Assembly (NCBI RefSeq): GCF_963921235.1
Contig: NC_086097.1
Location: 188,110,001 to 188,174,000, forward strand
DNA from: Mobula hypostoma
Taxonomy: Eukaryota
Direction of reading: 5' to 3'
Length of the DNA stretch: 64,000 nt
The notes below the pieces were generated by a model that worked only from the letters and a program-made list of their open reading frames with translations, was not told where the DNA came from and did no database searches. A program made the position numbers and the translations under genes. Positions 1 through 13,400 of this stretch are shown here, in pieces. The first letter of the stretch is position 1, and every line of letters starts with the position of its first letter.

Positions 1-660
1 GGTTGATCATTGAAGGTAGAGATGGAAGGTGAGAATACTGGGAATCATGTTCTTGCTACCTGGTAGGGGATGGAAGAGGAGGGACTGGGCACCCATTATC
101 AGAATAAACTAGATGGGCCCAGGTAATTGTAAACTGTCAAAGTTGGAGGGGTTAACAGTAATAAACTGCTGTTTCTTCTAGCTGATTTCAAAGCAGCTGA
201 TATATTTACATTAAGTCTAACTTGCCATAGGTTTCAGTGGACAAATTTCTAAGCTTCAGTTGGAAAAGTTGCATGGGTCTGTGTTACTCATCTGGATATC
301 AGCTAGGAAAGAATCAGCAGAATATAGATGACTGGAGGCCACAATTTAATTGCAGTGCAAGGCTGAACTTCAGCCTACGCTCAGGCCAAGTTTCTGCTTG
401 GTTAGATACTTAAAAACACTCAATTAGATATTTAAAACGCTCCCAGCTTGCTGTGAAAATCTGTATTAAACAAAAGGAAATAATACTTAAATGGAGTAGA
501 AATTCTGGTTATGTAAGCAGAAGATCTGAGTCATTATACAGTCCTTAAAAAGTCTTCAACACTACAAAATCTATCCATATTTTAGATTCTTGAACAGTAT
601 TTTGGCAGTTAATGACAATAGCCAATCCTGCAACATATTAGTATTTATAGGAAGAGGTGC

Positions 661-696
661 AGTCGACGTTTCAGGCCGAGACCCTTCGTCAGGACT
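661..696 (-). ncRNA. Minimal hammerhead ribozyme in the inverted pseudo-LTR
   Basis: Reverse complement reads agtc-CTGACGA-agggtctcggcct-GAAA-cGTC-gact. Confidence 0.85.
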
Positions 697-1112
697 AACT
701 GAAGGAAGAGTGAGTAAGGGATTTGAAAGCTGGAGGGGAAGGGGGAGATGCAAAATGATAGGAGAAGACAGGAGGGGGAGGGATAGAGCCGAGAGCTGGA
801 CAGGTGATAGGCAAAAGGGGATACGAGAGGATCATGGGACAGGAGGTCCGGGAAGAAAGACAAGGGGGGGTGGTGACCCAGAGGATGGGCAAGAGGTATA
901 TTCAGAGGGACAGAGGGAGAAAAAGGAGAGTGAGAGAAAGAATGTGTGCATAAAAATGAGTAACAGATGGGGTACGAGGGGGAGGTGGGGCCTTAGCGGA
1001 AGTTAGAGAAGTCAATGTTCATGCCATCAGGTTGGAGGCTACCCAGACGGAATATAAGGTGTTGTTCCTCCAACCTGAGTGTGGCTTCATCTTTACAGCA
1101 AAAGGAGAAATT

Positions 1113-2317
1113 GCTCCTCCCATTGCCTCCAAACTAAAGGTGTAGCTATGGGCACCCGTATGGGTCCTAGCTATGCCTGCCTTTTTGTTGGGTTTGTGGA
1201 ACAATCTATGTTCCGTGCCTATTCTGGTATCTGTCCCCCACTTTTCCTTCGCTACATCGACGACTGCATTGGCGCTGCTTCCTGCACGCATGCAGAACTC
1301 GTTGACTTTATTAACTTTGCCTCCAACTTTCACCCTGCCCTCAAGTTTACCTGGTCCATTTCCGACACCTCCCTCCCCTTTCTAGATCTTTCTGTCTCTG
1401 TCTCTGGAGACAGCTTATCCACTGATGTCTAGTATAAGCCTACTGACTCTCACAGCTATCTGGACTATTCCTCTTCTCACCCTGTCTCCTGCAAAAACGC
1501 CATCCCCTTCTCGCAATTCCTCCGTCTCCGCCGCATCTGCTCTCAGGATGAGGCTTTTCATTCTAGGACGAGGGAGATGTCTTCATTTTTTAAAGAAAGG
1601 GGCTTCCCTTCCTCCACTATCAACTCTGCTCTTAAACGCATCTCCCCCATTTCACGTACATCTGCTCTCACTCCATCCTCCCACCACCCCACTAGGAATA
1701 GGGTTCCCCTGGTCCTCACCTACCACCCCACCAGCCTCCGGGTCCAACATATTATTCTCCGTAACTTCCGCCACCTTCAACGGGATCCCACCACTAAGCA
1801 CATCTTTCCCTCCCCCCCCTCTGCATTCCGCAGGGATCGCTCCCTACACAACTCCCTTGTCCATTCGTCCCCCCCATCCCTCCCCACTGATCTCCCTCCT
1901 GGCACTTATCCGTGTAAGCGGAACAAGTGCTACACATGCCCTTACACTTCCTCCCTTACCACCATTCAGGGCCCCAAACAGTCCTTCCAGGTGAGGCATC
2001 ACTTCACCTGTGAGTCGACTGGGGTGATATACTGCGTCCGGTGCTCCCGATGAGGCCTTTTATATATTGGTGAGACCCGACGCAGACTGGGAGACCGCTT
2101 TGCTGAACATCTACGCTCTGTCCGCCAGAGAAAGCAGGATCTCCCAGTGGCCACACATTTTAATTCCACATCCCATTCCCATTCTGACATGTCTATCCAC
2201 GGCCTCCTCTACTGTAAAGATGAAGCCACACTCAGGTTGGAGGAACAACACCTTATATTCCGTCTGGGTAGCCTCCAACCTGATGGCATGAACATTGACT
2301 TCTCTAACTTCCGCTAA
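1113..2317 (+). pseudogene. Penelope RT C-half, Cys-rich linker and GIY-YIG endonuclease, with premature stops
   Basis: QTKGVAMGTRMGPSYA, RYIDD, LPFLD, CKRNKCYTC, GVIYCVRCSR*GLLYIGETRRRLGDRFAEH; in-frame stops near 1430 and 2051. Confidence 0.92.
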
Positions 2318-2620
2318 GGCCCCACCTCCCCCTCGTACCCCATCTGTTACTCATTTTTATGCACACATTCTTTCTCTCACTCTCCTTTTTCTCCCTCTGT
2401 CCCTCTGAATATACCTCTTCCCCATCCTCTGGGTCACTCCCCCCCACTTGTCTTTCTTCCCGGACCTCCTGTCCCATGATCCTCTCGTATCCCCTTTTGC
2501 CTATCACCTGTCCAGCTCTCGGCTCTATCCCTCCCCCTCCTGTCTTCTCCTATTATTTTGCCTCTCCCCCTCCCCCTCCCCCTCCAGCTTTCAAATCCCT
2601 TACTCACTCTTCCTTCAGTT

Positions 2621-2656
2621 AGTCCTGACGAAGGGTCTTGGCCTGAAACGTCGACT
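2621..2656 (+). ncRNA. Minimal type-I hammerhead ribozyme in the Penelope pseudo-LTR
   Basis: agtc-CTGACGA-agg(gtcttgg)cct-GAAA-cGTC-gact: stem I agtc/gact, CUGANGA box, stem II agg/cct, GAAA box, palindromic ACGT stem III, GUC cleavage triplet ending at 2652. Confidence 0.85.
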
Positions 2657-2994
2657 GCGCCTCTTCCTATAGATGCTGCTTGGCCTGCTGCGTTCACCAG
2701 CAACTTTGATGTATGTTGCTTGAATTTCCAGCATCTGCAGAATTCCTGTTGTTTACATATTAGTATTATTAGTTCACTGTGAGACCATGCAGTTGCATAC
2801 ACTGATAACAACAGCTTTAAAGACACTCACACACAACCTGTTTTTGCACGTTCAGGACAGTTTGAAATATGGGTTTTGTATAGAAGCTGGAACTTGAAAA
2901 CAGAAGAAACTTAATTTGGTGCCACAAAAGACCACAGTATAGCAGATCTGTCCCTTACAGGTTCAGTGACCTGGAATAAATGCTGACCTTTAGT

Positions 2995-3245
2995 GTTGTC
3001 TGGAGTTTGTACATTCTCCCTGTGATTATGTGGGTTTCTTCCAGATGCTCCAGTTTCCTGGCATATTCAAAGACTTGCATACTGGTATGTTAATTATCCT
3101 CCGTAAATTGCCTTTTATGTGTAGTAGAGTGCTGGAACTAAGTGTGAGTTGATAAGAACGTGAAGAGAATAAAACGGGATTGGTGTAAATGGGTGCTTGA
3201 TGGTTGATGTGGTCCAGTGGGTAATTTCTATACTACATGACTATG
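2995..3245 (+). mobile_element. V-SINE (HE1-like) fragment
   Basis: ggagtttgtacattctccctgtgattatgtgggtttcttccagatgctccagtttcc resembles the V-SINE central domain. Confidence 0.7.
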
Positions 3246-3419
3246 ATGACAATTACAGATGGCTAATCTTTTCCAGTAGTGCAGCTCTTCCATGTATTAT
3301 GCAAGTTTCCTCACACCTCTTTCCTTTGCATCCTGTGCTAGCTTTCTATTTTGTTTGTACGGTAGGAATGAGGTATGCATATTTCTAATGCTCATTTTTT
3401 GCTAACTGTTTCATTAGAA

Positions 3420-3780
3420 GTGTGGGCAGTAATGCCTTTCATTACGTGAGCAATGCTATCATAGTCTGGCAGAGGCTAGAGTGTAGCTCTCAGACACCTT
3501 TTAGCGCCTGCCTGAACTATAACTCCACAAACACACACCAGCTAATCATCTCCCATATCATCACAGATCTCATCATATCAGCCTCTAGTGTATCACCCTG
3601 CACTGCCCACTTTTATCTCTAACCCATGATCCACAAACAGGACTGTCCTAGTAGGCCCAATGTTTCTCTCTGTTCCAAGGCCTGATGGAGGATCTCAATC
3701 CTCCACAGATGCCACTCAACCCAATGAATTCCTCAGCAGTTTGTTTTCTGCCCTAGATTCCAGCATCTGTAACCTTTTGA
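3420..3780 (+). mobile_element. Old Penelope relic (RT N-terminal piece plus 3' tail)
   Basis: Translates near 3600-3675 as TAHFYL*PMIHKQDCPSRPNVS (PLE motif FYxLPKIHK..GRPIVS); tail gattccagcatctg is like that at about 2725. Confidence 0.65.
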
Positions 3781-6246
3781 GTCCCATTTTTGTTTTCCAT
3801 TTTCCACTTGCACTGAGGTTATTATTTTAAATGATGGCAAAGTAGATAATTATTGTCCAAATATTTATCCATTTTAATTTACTGCATCAAATATTTAGAT
3901 ACTTTGTTATTTTACCAAGATTAGAAAGCGACCTATTGGTGAGGATTTAATTTGGCTGAATGCTCGCATGAAACACATAAACTTTATGGTCTGTGCCTTC
4001 AATAAGTTAAAATGCTGGCATTACAATTTTATCACATCAGTTTTAATGTATGTCTAAACATTTTCAAGTTCATAAAGTAAATTTTATTAGGACTTTGTCA
4101 TTGTAATATCTGATAAATGATAATTTTGTCAAGAAACTAGGTTACTATAATCTATTCATAAATATAGGTATTGCCCTGTACTGAACTGTCTTATGTACTT
4201 GAAGTAGGAAATAGAAACCTCAGCTTCTACTTCCATCTTACCATCTTAATTAGTTTTTACAATATTGTATTTCAAAAATTATATAGGTTTTGCACTATTG
4301 TACTTCTGCACAAATATCTACTTTCAATTTAATGGATATTTCATTTTTTGAACAATTGTATAAAGCTCTATTTTCTTCCACTTTGATCACTTCTTTTCTT
4401 GTAATATATTGAATAATTCAATGTCCTGATATTCAGATTGGCAGTTATAATAAATCTCCAGCATACAAAATTCTATATATTTTATCACTGCACATCTCAC
4501 CAACCACCCATATACTCCCATACAAAAGCTAAGCCAGAAACTTCAATGTTTCCAGGGTCTTAATCCAGGTCTTATCTATTAATAAAAAGGAAAGGAGATT
4601 CCAATCTTACAGTAATGAAGCAAAGGACAAGTTTACCAATTTTCAAGTAAGCAGAGGATCAATTGTTTGAAAATTTAAGTAATTTTGTAAATCCTACAAT
4701 TTTGACTGAACATGCGGTAAATGCAGGTTGATTGAAAAACAATCTACTTAATATCCATTTCTGTATAATCACTTTCAATAATCTTTCTTGTCTCATATCA
4801 GTAACTAAACTAACTCTCTTTAAAACATTCAATATATTTGAGTGTGTTAGTATATTTTCTTCAATATTTTCTACATTTAAACAATAGCTATAATGGCAAC
4901 AAAATATTTAAGTGAAATGCTTTGGGACAAACTTGATATGAAAAGTCAAACATAAATGCAATTTTTTTGTTTTGTTGTATTGTTTCACTGTAATCATACA
5001 TAATTGATGAACAACATCAAAGTACAATTTAATAGGTTGTCATTTTTTTGTTCACTTATTCTTTAAAAACTTTCAAAACCTTTAAAATTTTCTAGTTTGT
5101 GACTAAATCCCCAAGCAAACACAATTATAAGGCTAAAGTACCAGTTCATCAGAACTAAATTTCTGCAGTTAGAACTGAACAAAAATCCTGCATCAATAAA
5201 ATCATTCTCCCTTCACCTCCTCAGAAAAATATAACTATTCAAACCCTTTGATGTGTGCAGATTGACAATGTATTTCTTAGATTATCAACAAAATGGAAGC
5301 AATTTTCAGGTTTCCTGTGAGTATCCAGCTGAGCAAATTTAGAGCAGGTCAGTAATTCGATAGGAAAGCACTAGGAATAATATCTGATGTCATCAGCTTG
5401 TCAACCAGGAAAGCAAATGATTCATTAGAAGAGTGAATTCAATAAGGATACTAGCCGCACTGTTAATTCTAACTGAACAAAGCACCTGCTATTTCCATTT
5501 AGCATGTTACCAACCAAGGCATAAGTAGAGTAAGAAGACTGGGTTCAAATACCATTCTAGAGGCATGAAGAAAGCAAAATGTAGAATTGATTTTGCTATA
5601 TTACCTCAGAGGTGATGTATTTTAGATCATGACCCAGCCTTTTTTTACTCTCAGGGGATCGTAAGTTTTTAGATTACTATCTGAAGTGCAGGGAATTCAG
5701 CGCCACTATCTCTGACAATATTTAAACATCAACCAACATTGGCCGTGGTCCACAAAAAAAAATCAAATTACTTTGAGCAATCTCTCAAGCTATTTTTCTA
5801 GCAAAGTTCCAGCTCAGATATCTTCAGTGAGAATCTGTGTTACAAACAATTCATTATGGTGTGAGGTTGTTGGCTGGGGACGGTGGAGACCTCAGGAGAA
5901 GGTTCAGATGCATCATTCATTTGGCCGTTCTAGCTTAAGATACAACAAACTTGGCCAAAGCATTTGCAGTCATAAATTGGGCTCTCCCAACACAGATAAT
6001 ACAGATATTTCAGAAACTTGCCTTATCCCTTTGTTCATTAGTTATCTTCGAGCAATCACAACTGGATATGGTGGGACTGTAGAACTTTATTTTGATTCAT
6101 TAAACATGGGATTTCAAAAGCACCGTCTATGGCAAGTATGTAGTCAGATACTATAGCTTCACTAAGTTAGCAGTCTGATATCACTTCTAGCATTTTACAA
6201 TCCTCAATAAACCAGAAATCCCTTGTCAAAGGTTGCCAAGCTTAAT

Positions 6247-6300
6247 GGCAATAACAAGATATGTTAAATTGAGGGCAATAACAAGATATGTTAAATTGAG
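6247..6300. repeat. Perfect 27-bp tandem duplication
   Basis: ggcaataacaagatatgttaaattgag repeated twice. Confidence 0.95.
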
Positions 6301-6506
6301 GGGTTACAGATAAAGGAAGAATCTGATTCTGCTGCTGTTGCTATTGGCATACAGCCTTCCTGGATTCCCAGTTTTGTGCTTTTTTTTTCTAAATCTATCG
6401 TACTTAATACGATATTATGAAGTGACAGCACAGTTTGGACTATCTCTACAAGAGTTGTGCAAAGATGATTTTATTCAATTGTCCTGCTCCAGTTGCTCTG
6501 AAAAAG

Positions 6507-6758
6507 GTACCAGAGTAGCATACTGGTTAGCACAATGTTATTACCACTTGGGGCATCGAAATTCAGAGTTCAATCCCAGCACCTTCAGTTTATACACCCT
6601 CCACTTAGAATTCATGCGTTGCCTCTGGGTGCTCCAGTTTCCTCCCACAATCCCAAAGACATAACAGTAGATTATTGTAAATTGTCCAACGATTAGTCTA
6701 AAGTTAAATTGGCGGGTTGCTGGCAAAGCAGCTTGAAGGGCCAAAACTGCACTGTATT
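6507..6758 (+). mobile_element. tRNA-derived V-SINE split by the hAT insertion (tail resumes at about 21856-21880)
   Basis: A-box-like tagcatactggttagc, B-box-like gagttcaatccc, V-domain gggtgctccagtttcctcccacaatcccaaagac; tail ctaaataaaataaaa follows the hAT element. Confidence 0.7.
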
Positions 6759-7489
6759 CAAGCCGGATTAAGCTAGTGCGGGGCCTGTAGCATATGTTAT
6801 AAAGGGGCCCTAAATTTTAAAAATGCACATAAGTATTAAAACTTAAATTATTTACTTGCATAGTAAAGTAATTCAATTTTTTCATTTGCTATACAACCAG
6901 ATAATATGACAAATGTCTGACACTTCAATAGTAGTATTACTTACATGTAGGTATTAACTTCAAATGTCAAAAGTAACAAGACTACGATTTAAAGTTAGAT
7001 TTTCTAGATTTAGCATTAGCAAATTTGTTGATGATACTGGAAATATCTATTTCACGCAGAAGTTCATGTTCAATGCTCATTAGAGTGAGATTGTTCAATC
7101 TGTTTTGACCCATGGTGCTCCTTAGTTCATTTTTAATCCCTTTCAGTTTTGAAAATGAGCGTTCCCACTGCAGGTGGTAACCATGAGTGACAAATGGATG
7201 TGCAAGGCATTTTCTACATTTGGAAAACATGACTCCAAAGAATTGTCAGTTATCAAACGGTACAACTGTAACTCAAAAAGGTCTTGTTTGGTGCCAATAT
7301 GAGAGGCCAGATCAGTTTTCAACAGTTCAGTAAACTGCACAAATTCTTCATCAAGATTTTCTTCCAGATCTTCCAGATATGATTTAATAACTTCTTTATG
7401 ATCTCCTCAGGTGTAAACGATTGTAAATGATGAAGGAATCCAAAAATACCATTCACCTTTAGATCAGCTTTCTGCCTCTTTGACAGGGC

Positions 7490-10434
7490 AGAAAGCAAGC
7501 TGTCAATAATGGCAAGAAATGTTTGAATGGGACCCAGAGCGATAGAGCAGTGAAAGAAGTTCTAACATATAGAGAGGATTTGAGGAAAGAGAAGCAGAAT
7601 AAAGGGTGTAAAGGTAGTAAGGTAGAAGGGCTAAAGTGTGTGTACCTCAATGCAAGAAGCATCAGCAACAAAGGTGATGAACTGAGAGCTTGGATACATA
7701 CATGGAATTATGATGTAGTGGCCATTACAGAGATTTGGCTGGCACCAGGGCAGAAATGGATTCTCAATATTCCTGGATTTCAATGATTTAAAAGGGATGG
7801 GCGGGGGGAGGAGGGGTGGCATTACTGGTCAGGGATACTATTACAGCTACAGAAAGGGTGGGTAATGTAGCAGGATCCTCTTTTGAGTCAGTATGGGTGG
7901 AAGTCAGGAACAGGAAGGGAGCAGTTACTCTATTGGGGGTATTCTACAGGCCCCCTGGTAGCAGCAGAGATACAGAGGAGCAGATTGGGAGGCAGATTTT
8001 GTAACGTTGCAAAAATAACAGGATTGTTATCATGGGTGACTTTAACTTCCCTAATATTGATTGGCACCTGATTAGTTCCAAGGGTTTAGATGGGGCAGAA
8101 TTTGTTGAGTACGTCCAGGACGGATTCCTGTCGCAGTATGTTGACAGGCCGACGAGGGGGAATGCCATACTAGATCCAGTACTAGGTAACGAACCGGGTC
8201 AGGTCACAGATCTCTCAGTGGGTGAGCATCTGGGGGACAGTGACCACCGCTCCCTGGCCTTTAGCGTTATCATGGAAAGGGATAGAAACAGAGAGGACAG
8301 GAAAAAATTTTAATTGGGGAAGGGCAAATTATGAGGCTATAAGGCTAGAACCTGCATGTGTGAATTGGGATGATGTTTTTACAGGGAAATGTACTATGGA
8401 CATGTGTTTGATGTTTAGAGATCTCTTGCAGGATGTTAGGGATAAATTTGTCCCAGTGAGGGAGATAAAGAATGGTAGGGTGAAGGAACCACGGGTCACA
8501 AGTGAGGTGGAAAATCTAGTCAGGTGGAAGAAGGCAACATACATGAGGTTTAGGAAGCAAGGATCAGATGGGTCTATTGTGGAATATAGGGAAGCAAGAA
8601 AGGAGCTTACGAAGAGGATGAGAAGAGCAAGAAGGGGGCATGAGAAGGCCTTGGCGAGTAGGGTAAAGGAAAACCCCAAGGCATTCTTCAATTATGTGAA
8701 GAACAAAAGGATGACAGGAGTGAAGGTAGGAACTGATCAGAGATAAAGGTGGGAAGATGTGCCTCAATGAATACTTCTCTTCGGTATTCACCAATGAGAG
8801 GGAACTTGATGAATATGGGTGAGGTTGATGTTCTGGAGCATGTTGATATTAAGGCAGAGGAGGTACTGTTGTTAAAATACATTCGGACGGATAAGCCCCC
8901 GGGGCCTGACGGAATATTCCCAAGGCTGCTCCACGAGGCGAGGGAAGAGATTGCTGAGCCTCTGGCTAGGATCTTTATGTCTTCGTTGTCCACGGGAATG
9001 GTACCGGACGATTGAAGGGATGCGAATGTTGTCCCCTTGTTCAAAAAAGGTAGTAAGGATAGTCCAGGTAATTATAGACCAGTGAGCCTTACGTCTGTGG
9101 TGGGAAAGCTGTTGGAAAAGATTCTTGGAGATAGGATCTATGGGCATTTAGGGAACTATGATCTGATCAGGGACAGTCAGCATGGCTTTGTGAAGGGCAG
9201 ATCGTGTCTAACAAGCCTGATAGAGTTCTTTGAGGAGGTGACCAGGCATATAGATGAGGGTAATGCAGTGGATGTGATCTATATGGATTTTAGTAAAGCA
9301 TTTGACAAGGTTCAACACAGTAGGCTTATTCAGAAAATCAGAAGGCATGAGATCCAGGGAAGTTTGGCCAGGTGAATTCAGAATCGACTTGCCTGCAGAA
9401 GGCAGAGGGTTGTGGTGGAGGGAATACATTCAGATTGGAGGATTGTGACTAGTGGTGTCCCACAAGGATCTGTTCTGGGACCTCTATTTTTCGTGATTCT
9501 TATTAACGACATGGATGTGGGGGTAGAAGGGTGGGTTGGCAAGTTTGCAGATGACACAAAGGTTGGTGGTGTTGTAGATAGTGTAGAGGATTGTCGAAGA
9601 TTGCAGAGAGACATTGATAGGATGCAGAAGTGGGCTGAGAAGTGGCAGATGGAGTTCAACCCAGAGAAGTGTGCGGTGGTACACTTTGGAAGGACACACT
9701 CCAAGGCAGAGTACAAAGTAAATGGCAGGATACTTGGTAGTGTGGAGGAGCAGAGGGATCTGGGGGTGCATGTCCACAGATCCCTAAAAGTTGCCTCACA
9801 GGTAGATAGGGTAGTTACGAAAGCTTATGGGGTGCTAGCTTTCATAAGTCGAGGGATAGATTTTAAGAGTCGTAAGGTAATGATGCAGCTCTATAAAACT
9901 CTGGTTAGGCCACACTTGTAGGACTGTGTCCACTTATAGTCGCCTCACTATAGGAAGGATGTGGAGGCATTGGAAAAGGTACACAGGAGGCTTACCAAGA
10001 TGCTGCCTGGTTTAGTGTATGGATTATGATCAGAGATTAAGGGAGCTAGGGCTTTACTCTTTGGAGAGAAGGAAGATGAGAGGAGACATGATAGAGGTAT
10101 ACAAGATATTAAGTGGAATAGATAGAGTGGATAGCCAGCGCCTCTTCCCCAGGGTACCACTGCTCAATACAAGAGGACATGGCTTTAAGGGGTGGGAAGT
10201 TCAAGGGGGATATTAGAGGAAGGTTTTTTACTCAGAGAGTGGTTGGTGTGTGGTATGCACTGCCTGAGTCAGTGGTGGAGGCAGATACACTAGTGAAGTT
10301 TAAGAGACTACTGGACAGGTATATGGAGGAATGTAAGGTAGGGGGATTATATGGGAGGCAGGGTTTGAGGGTCGGCGCAACATTGTGGGACGAAGGGCCT
10401 GTAATGTGCTGTACTATTCTATGTTCTATGTTCT
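7490..10434 (+). mobile_element. CR1-clade LINE, 5'-truncated ORF2 (APE + RT), disrupted
   Basis: [50 protein letters not shown]; 3' tail (ttctatg)n at 10417-10434. Confidence 0.93.
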
Positions 10435-13400
10435 TTTAAACTTTGTTTGAGATTCAACACGTGGATCAATAGTGCTGCAACCACTGAAGTCATCATACAC
10501 GCGATTTTGCTTGTGTTTTCTTTGAGTTTGCTATTGATAATCTTCACACTTAGTCAGATCCTTAGCTTTTTGCTCAATGTCTGAAAAAATAGACCGCATA
10601 CCTTGAATATATCCATGCAAGGATTCATAGAGTGCACAAGCTGTGTTCAAGTCTTGGATAGAAGATTGCAAAGAAGCATTGGTCATTTGAAATCGCTGTA
10701 ATACTTGATCCCACAATATGACCTTTATTCCTGTTTCCAATTTTATCATGGTTGAAAGTAGTCCACAAGCCTGTTGTCGACACTCTGCCTTCTGATCATT
10801 GTTATTTGAATTGTCATCCAAGACTTGTTTTATTGCAGAAAGGCTGTGTAAAAGTGCTTTTGTTGCATCTGCACGAGCTGACCACCTGGTATCTGCAGAC
10901 ATCCCACCTCTCCCGGAAGTTCCAGGAATCTCCCACATATTGATAGCGGCTCCCTGACACCCGCAAATTATATACAAAATCCAGGAAATCGATTTTTTTG
11001 AGAGGGAAAGCGGGAGCGAGAGCGAGCATCCTGATTGGTCTTTCATTGTGCTAAGTAGACCTGTCAATTTTCTCTGTGGGCGGGCTTTACAGTTGATGTC
11101 CATCAGTTCAGTTTTGTGTCCTGCACCACCATGTCAGAGTGTTTCAAAAAAAAAATAAAACACACTTCACCCCAGACTACACTGAAGTGTACCCCTGCCC
11201 AATAGGGGTCGAAAATAATGAAAGTGTTGCTCACTGCACTGTTTGCAACAGTGACTTTTCTATTGCCCATGGTGGGTTAAATGACTAAAAGACACGTTGA
11301 GGTGAGTTTAACAATTGTTATTCATTCATTAGCATAGCTAACATTATTTAAACTAGCTGGCTGGCTGCTGAGGAGCTACGCTATTGATGTCCTACGTGAT
11401 GAGGCCAAACTCCCTGTAGACTTGCTTAAAGTTGTAATAGGTTAAAAAAATGACTCCATGATAATATATTATAAGTACATATTTTAATGTCACATTTTCT
11501 GCATATATCCAACTTGGTTACAGATTAGACAAAATCACTAAACAAAGTATTACATAAGACAATATAATAAGGATACACCTTATGCTTTTATTTCTCTTAG
11601 GGACCACAACATATTAGGGAGGCTAATCACAGGGAAGGCTGCTCAAGTATTTCACAGTTCTTTTCAACAGAAAACTAAAGTCTGACAGAGAAGGTCACTA
11701 GAGCTGAGGTATACTTTACATCTTTCATCGTTGAGCATAACCTGCCATTCCAGGTGTGTAAGCACACAGGCAAGCGATTCAGGAAAATGCTTCCTGATTC
11801 AGAAATAACAAAAAATTATGCCTGCTTATCAACCAAGACAGCAGCAATTGTGAACATGGCACTGGAACCTGAATGTTCAGAGGATCTGTACAAGTTCATC
11901 CGGACAGAAGAAAGGCCATACAGTATTTTGGTTGACGAAAGCAACGATATCATGTGCGAGAAGGAATGTGCCATTTTAGCCAAGTACTATAATGAAACAT
12001 AGGATAAGGTAACAGTTTGATTTGTAGACATGCTAGTGTGCAATGATGAAAACATATTCAACTGCATTGCATCATCCATCCATCCATGTGTAGGATTTAG
12101 CAGTGACAACTGCAAAGTGATGATTGGCAAAAACAACTCTGTCTTATCAAGAATAAAAGCACAGGCCCCTCATTTACAGCGCTGGCTGTCCAAGTCACTT
12201 GGTCAACATTTGTGCCAAAACTGCTGCTAAGGAGCTCTCAGTGTCATGTGAAGAACTGCTCATTGACATCTACTACTACTTTGAGAAAAGTTCCAAACGA
12301 AGAGAAGACCTAAACCAGTTTAAAGTTCTGCAATGTTGCCCAGCAAAGAGTACAAAAGCATTGTCCTACACGCTGGCTTTCCTTAGGAAAAGGTTCGCAC
12401 CATCTGCTCCACCAATGGCCAGCCTTTATTTCACATTTTGAGTCAAAGAGTGAGAATCAGAAGTCATCTCACATTCAGAAGAGGCAGAAAGACTCCCGAA
12501 TGAAAATATACAATACTTTCTCCATAATGTCACACAATGTTTTGACAAATTCAATTTGATTTTTCAAAACAAGGCACCAAACTCTTCGTTGGATTAGAGT
12601 GCAGAAGAGTTCCTGCATGACATAGCAAGCAGATTTATTAGACCATAAGACAAAGGAGCAGAAGTCGGCCATTCGGCCCATCGAGTCTGCTCCGCCATTT
12701 CATCATGAGCTGATCCATTCTCCCATTTACTCCCACTCCCCCGCCTCCTCACCATAACCTTTGATGCCCTGGCGACTCAGATACCTATCAATCTCTGCCT
12801 TAAATACACCCAATGACTTGGCCTCCATTGCTGCCCGTAGCAACAAATTCCACAGATTCACCACCCTCTGGCTAAAAAAATTTCTTCGCATTTCTGTTCT
12901 GAATGGGCGCCCTTCAATCCTTAAGTCATGCCCTCTCGTACTAGACTCCCCCATCATGGGAAACAACTTTGCCACATCCACTCTGTCCATGCCTTTCAAC
13001 ATTCGAAATGTTTCTATGAGGTCTCCCCACATTCTTCTAAACTCCAAGGAATACAATCCAAGAGCGGACAAACATTCCTCATATGTTAACCCTCTCATTC
13101 CTGGAATCATTCTAGTGAATCTTCTCTGTACCCTCTCCAACGTCAGCAAATCCTTTCTTAAATAAGGAGACCAAAACTGCCCACAACACTCCAAGTGAGG
13201 TCTCACCAGCATCTTATAGAGCCTCAACATCACATCCCTGCTCCTATACTCTATTCCTCTAGAAATGAATGCCCCAACATTGCATTCGCCTTCTTCACCA
13301 CCGACTCAACCTGGAGGTTAACCTTAAGGGTATCCTGTACGAGGACTCCCAAGTCCCGTTGCATCTCAGAACTTTGAATTCTTTCCCCATTTAAATAATA

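Larger units (their letters stand above)
646..2754 (+). mobile_element. Penelope-like retroelement (Neptune-type), 5'-truncated, with inverted pseudo-LTR at its 5' end
   Basis: 13-bp TSD acatattagtatt (633-645, 2755-2767); 646-1098 is a reverse-complement copy of about 2212-2671; RT and GIY-YIG coding remnants lie between. Confidence 0.93.

Noticed and set aside
5680..5745. DeuSINE core remnant
   Set aside because: Only a weak by-eye resemblance; needs an HMM search.
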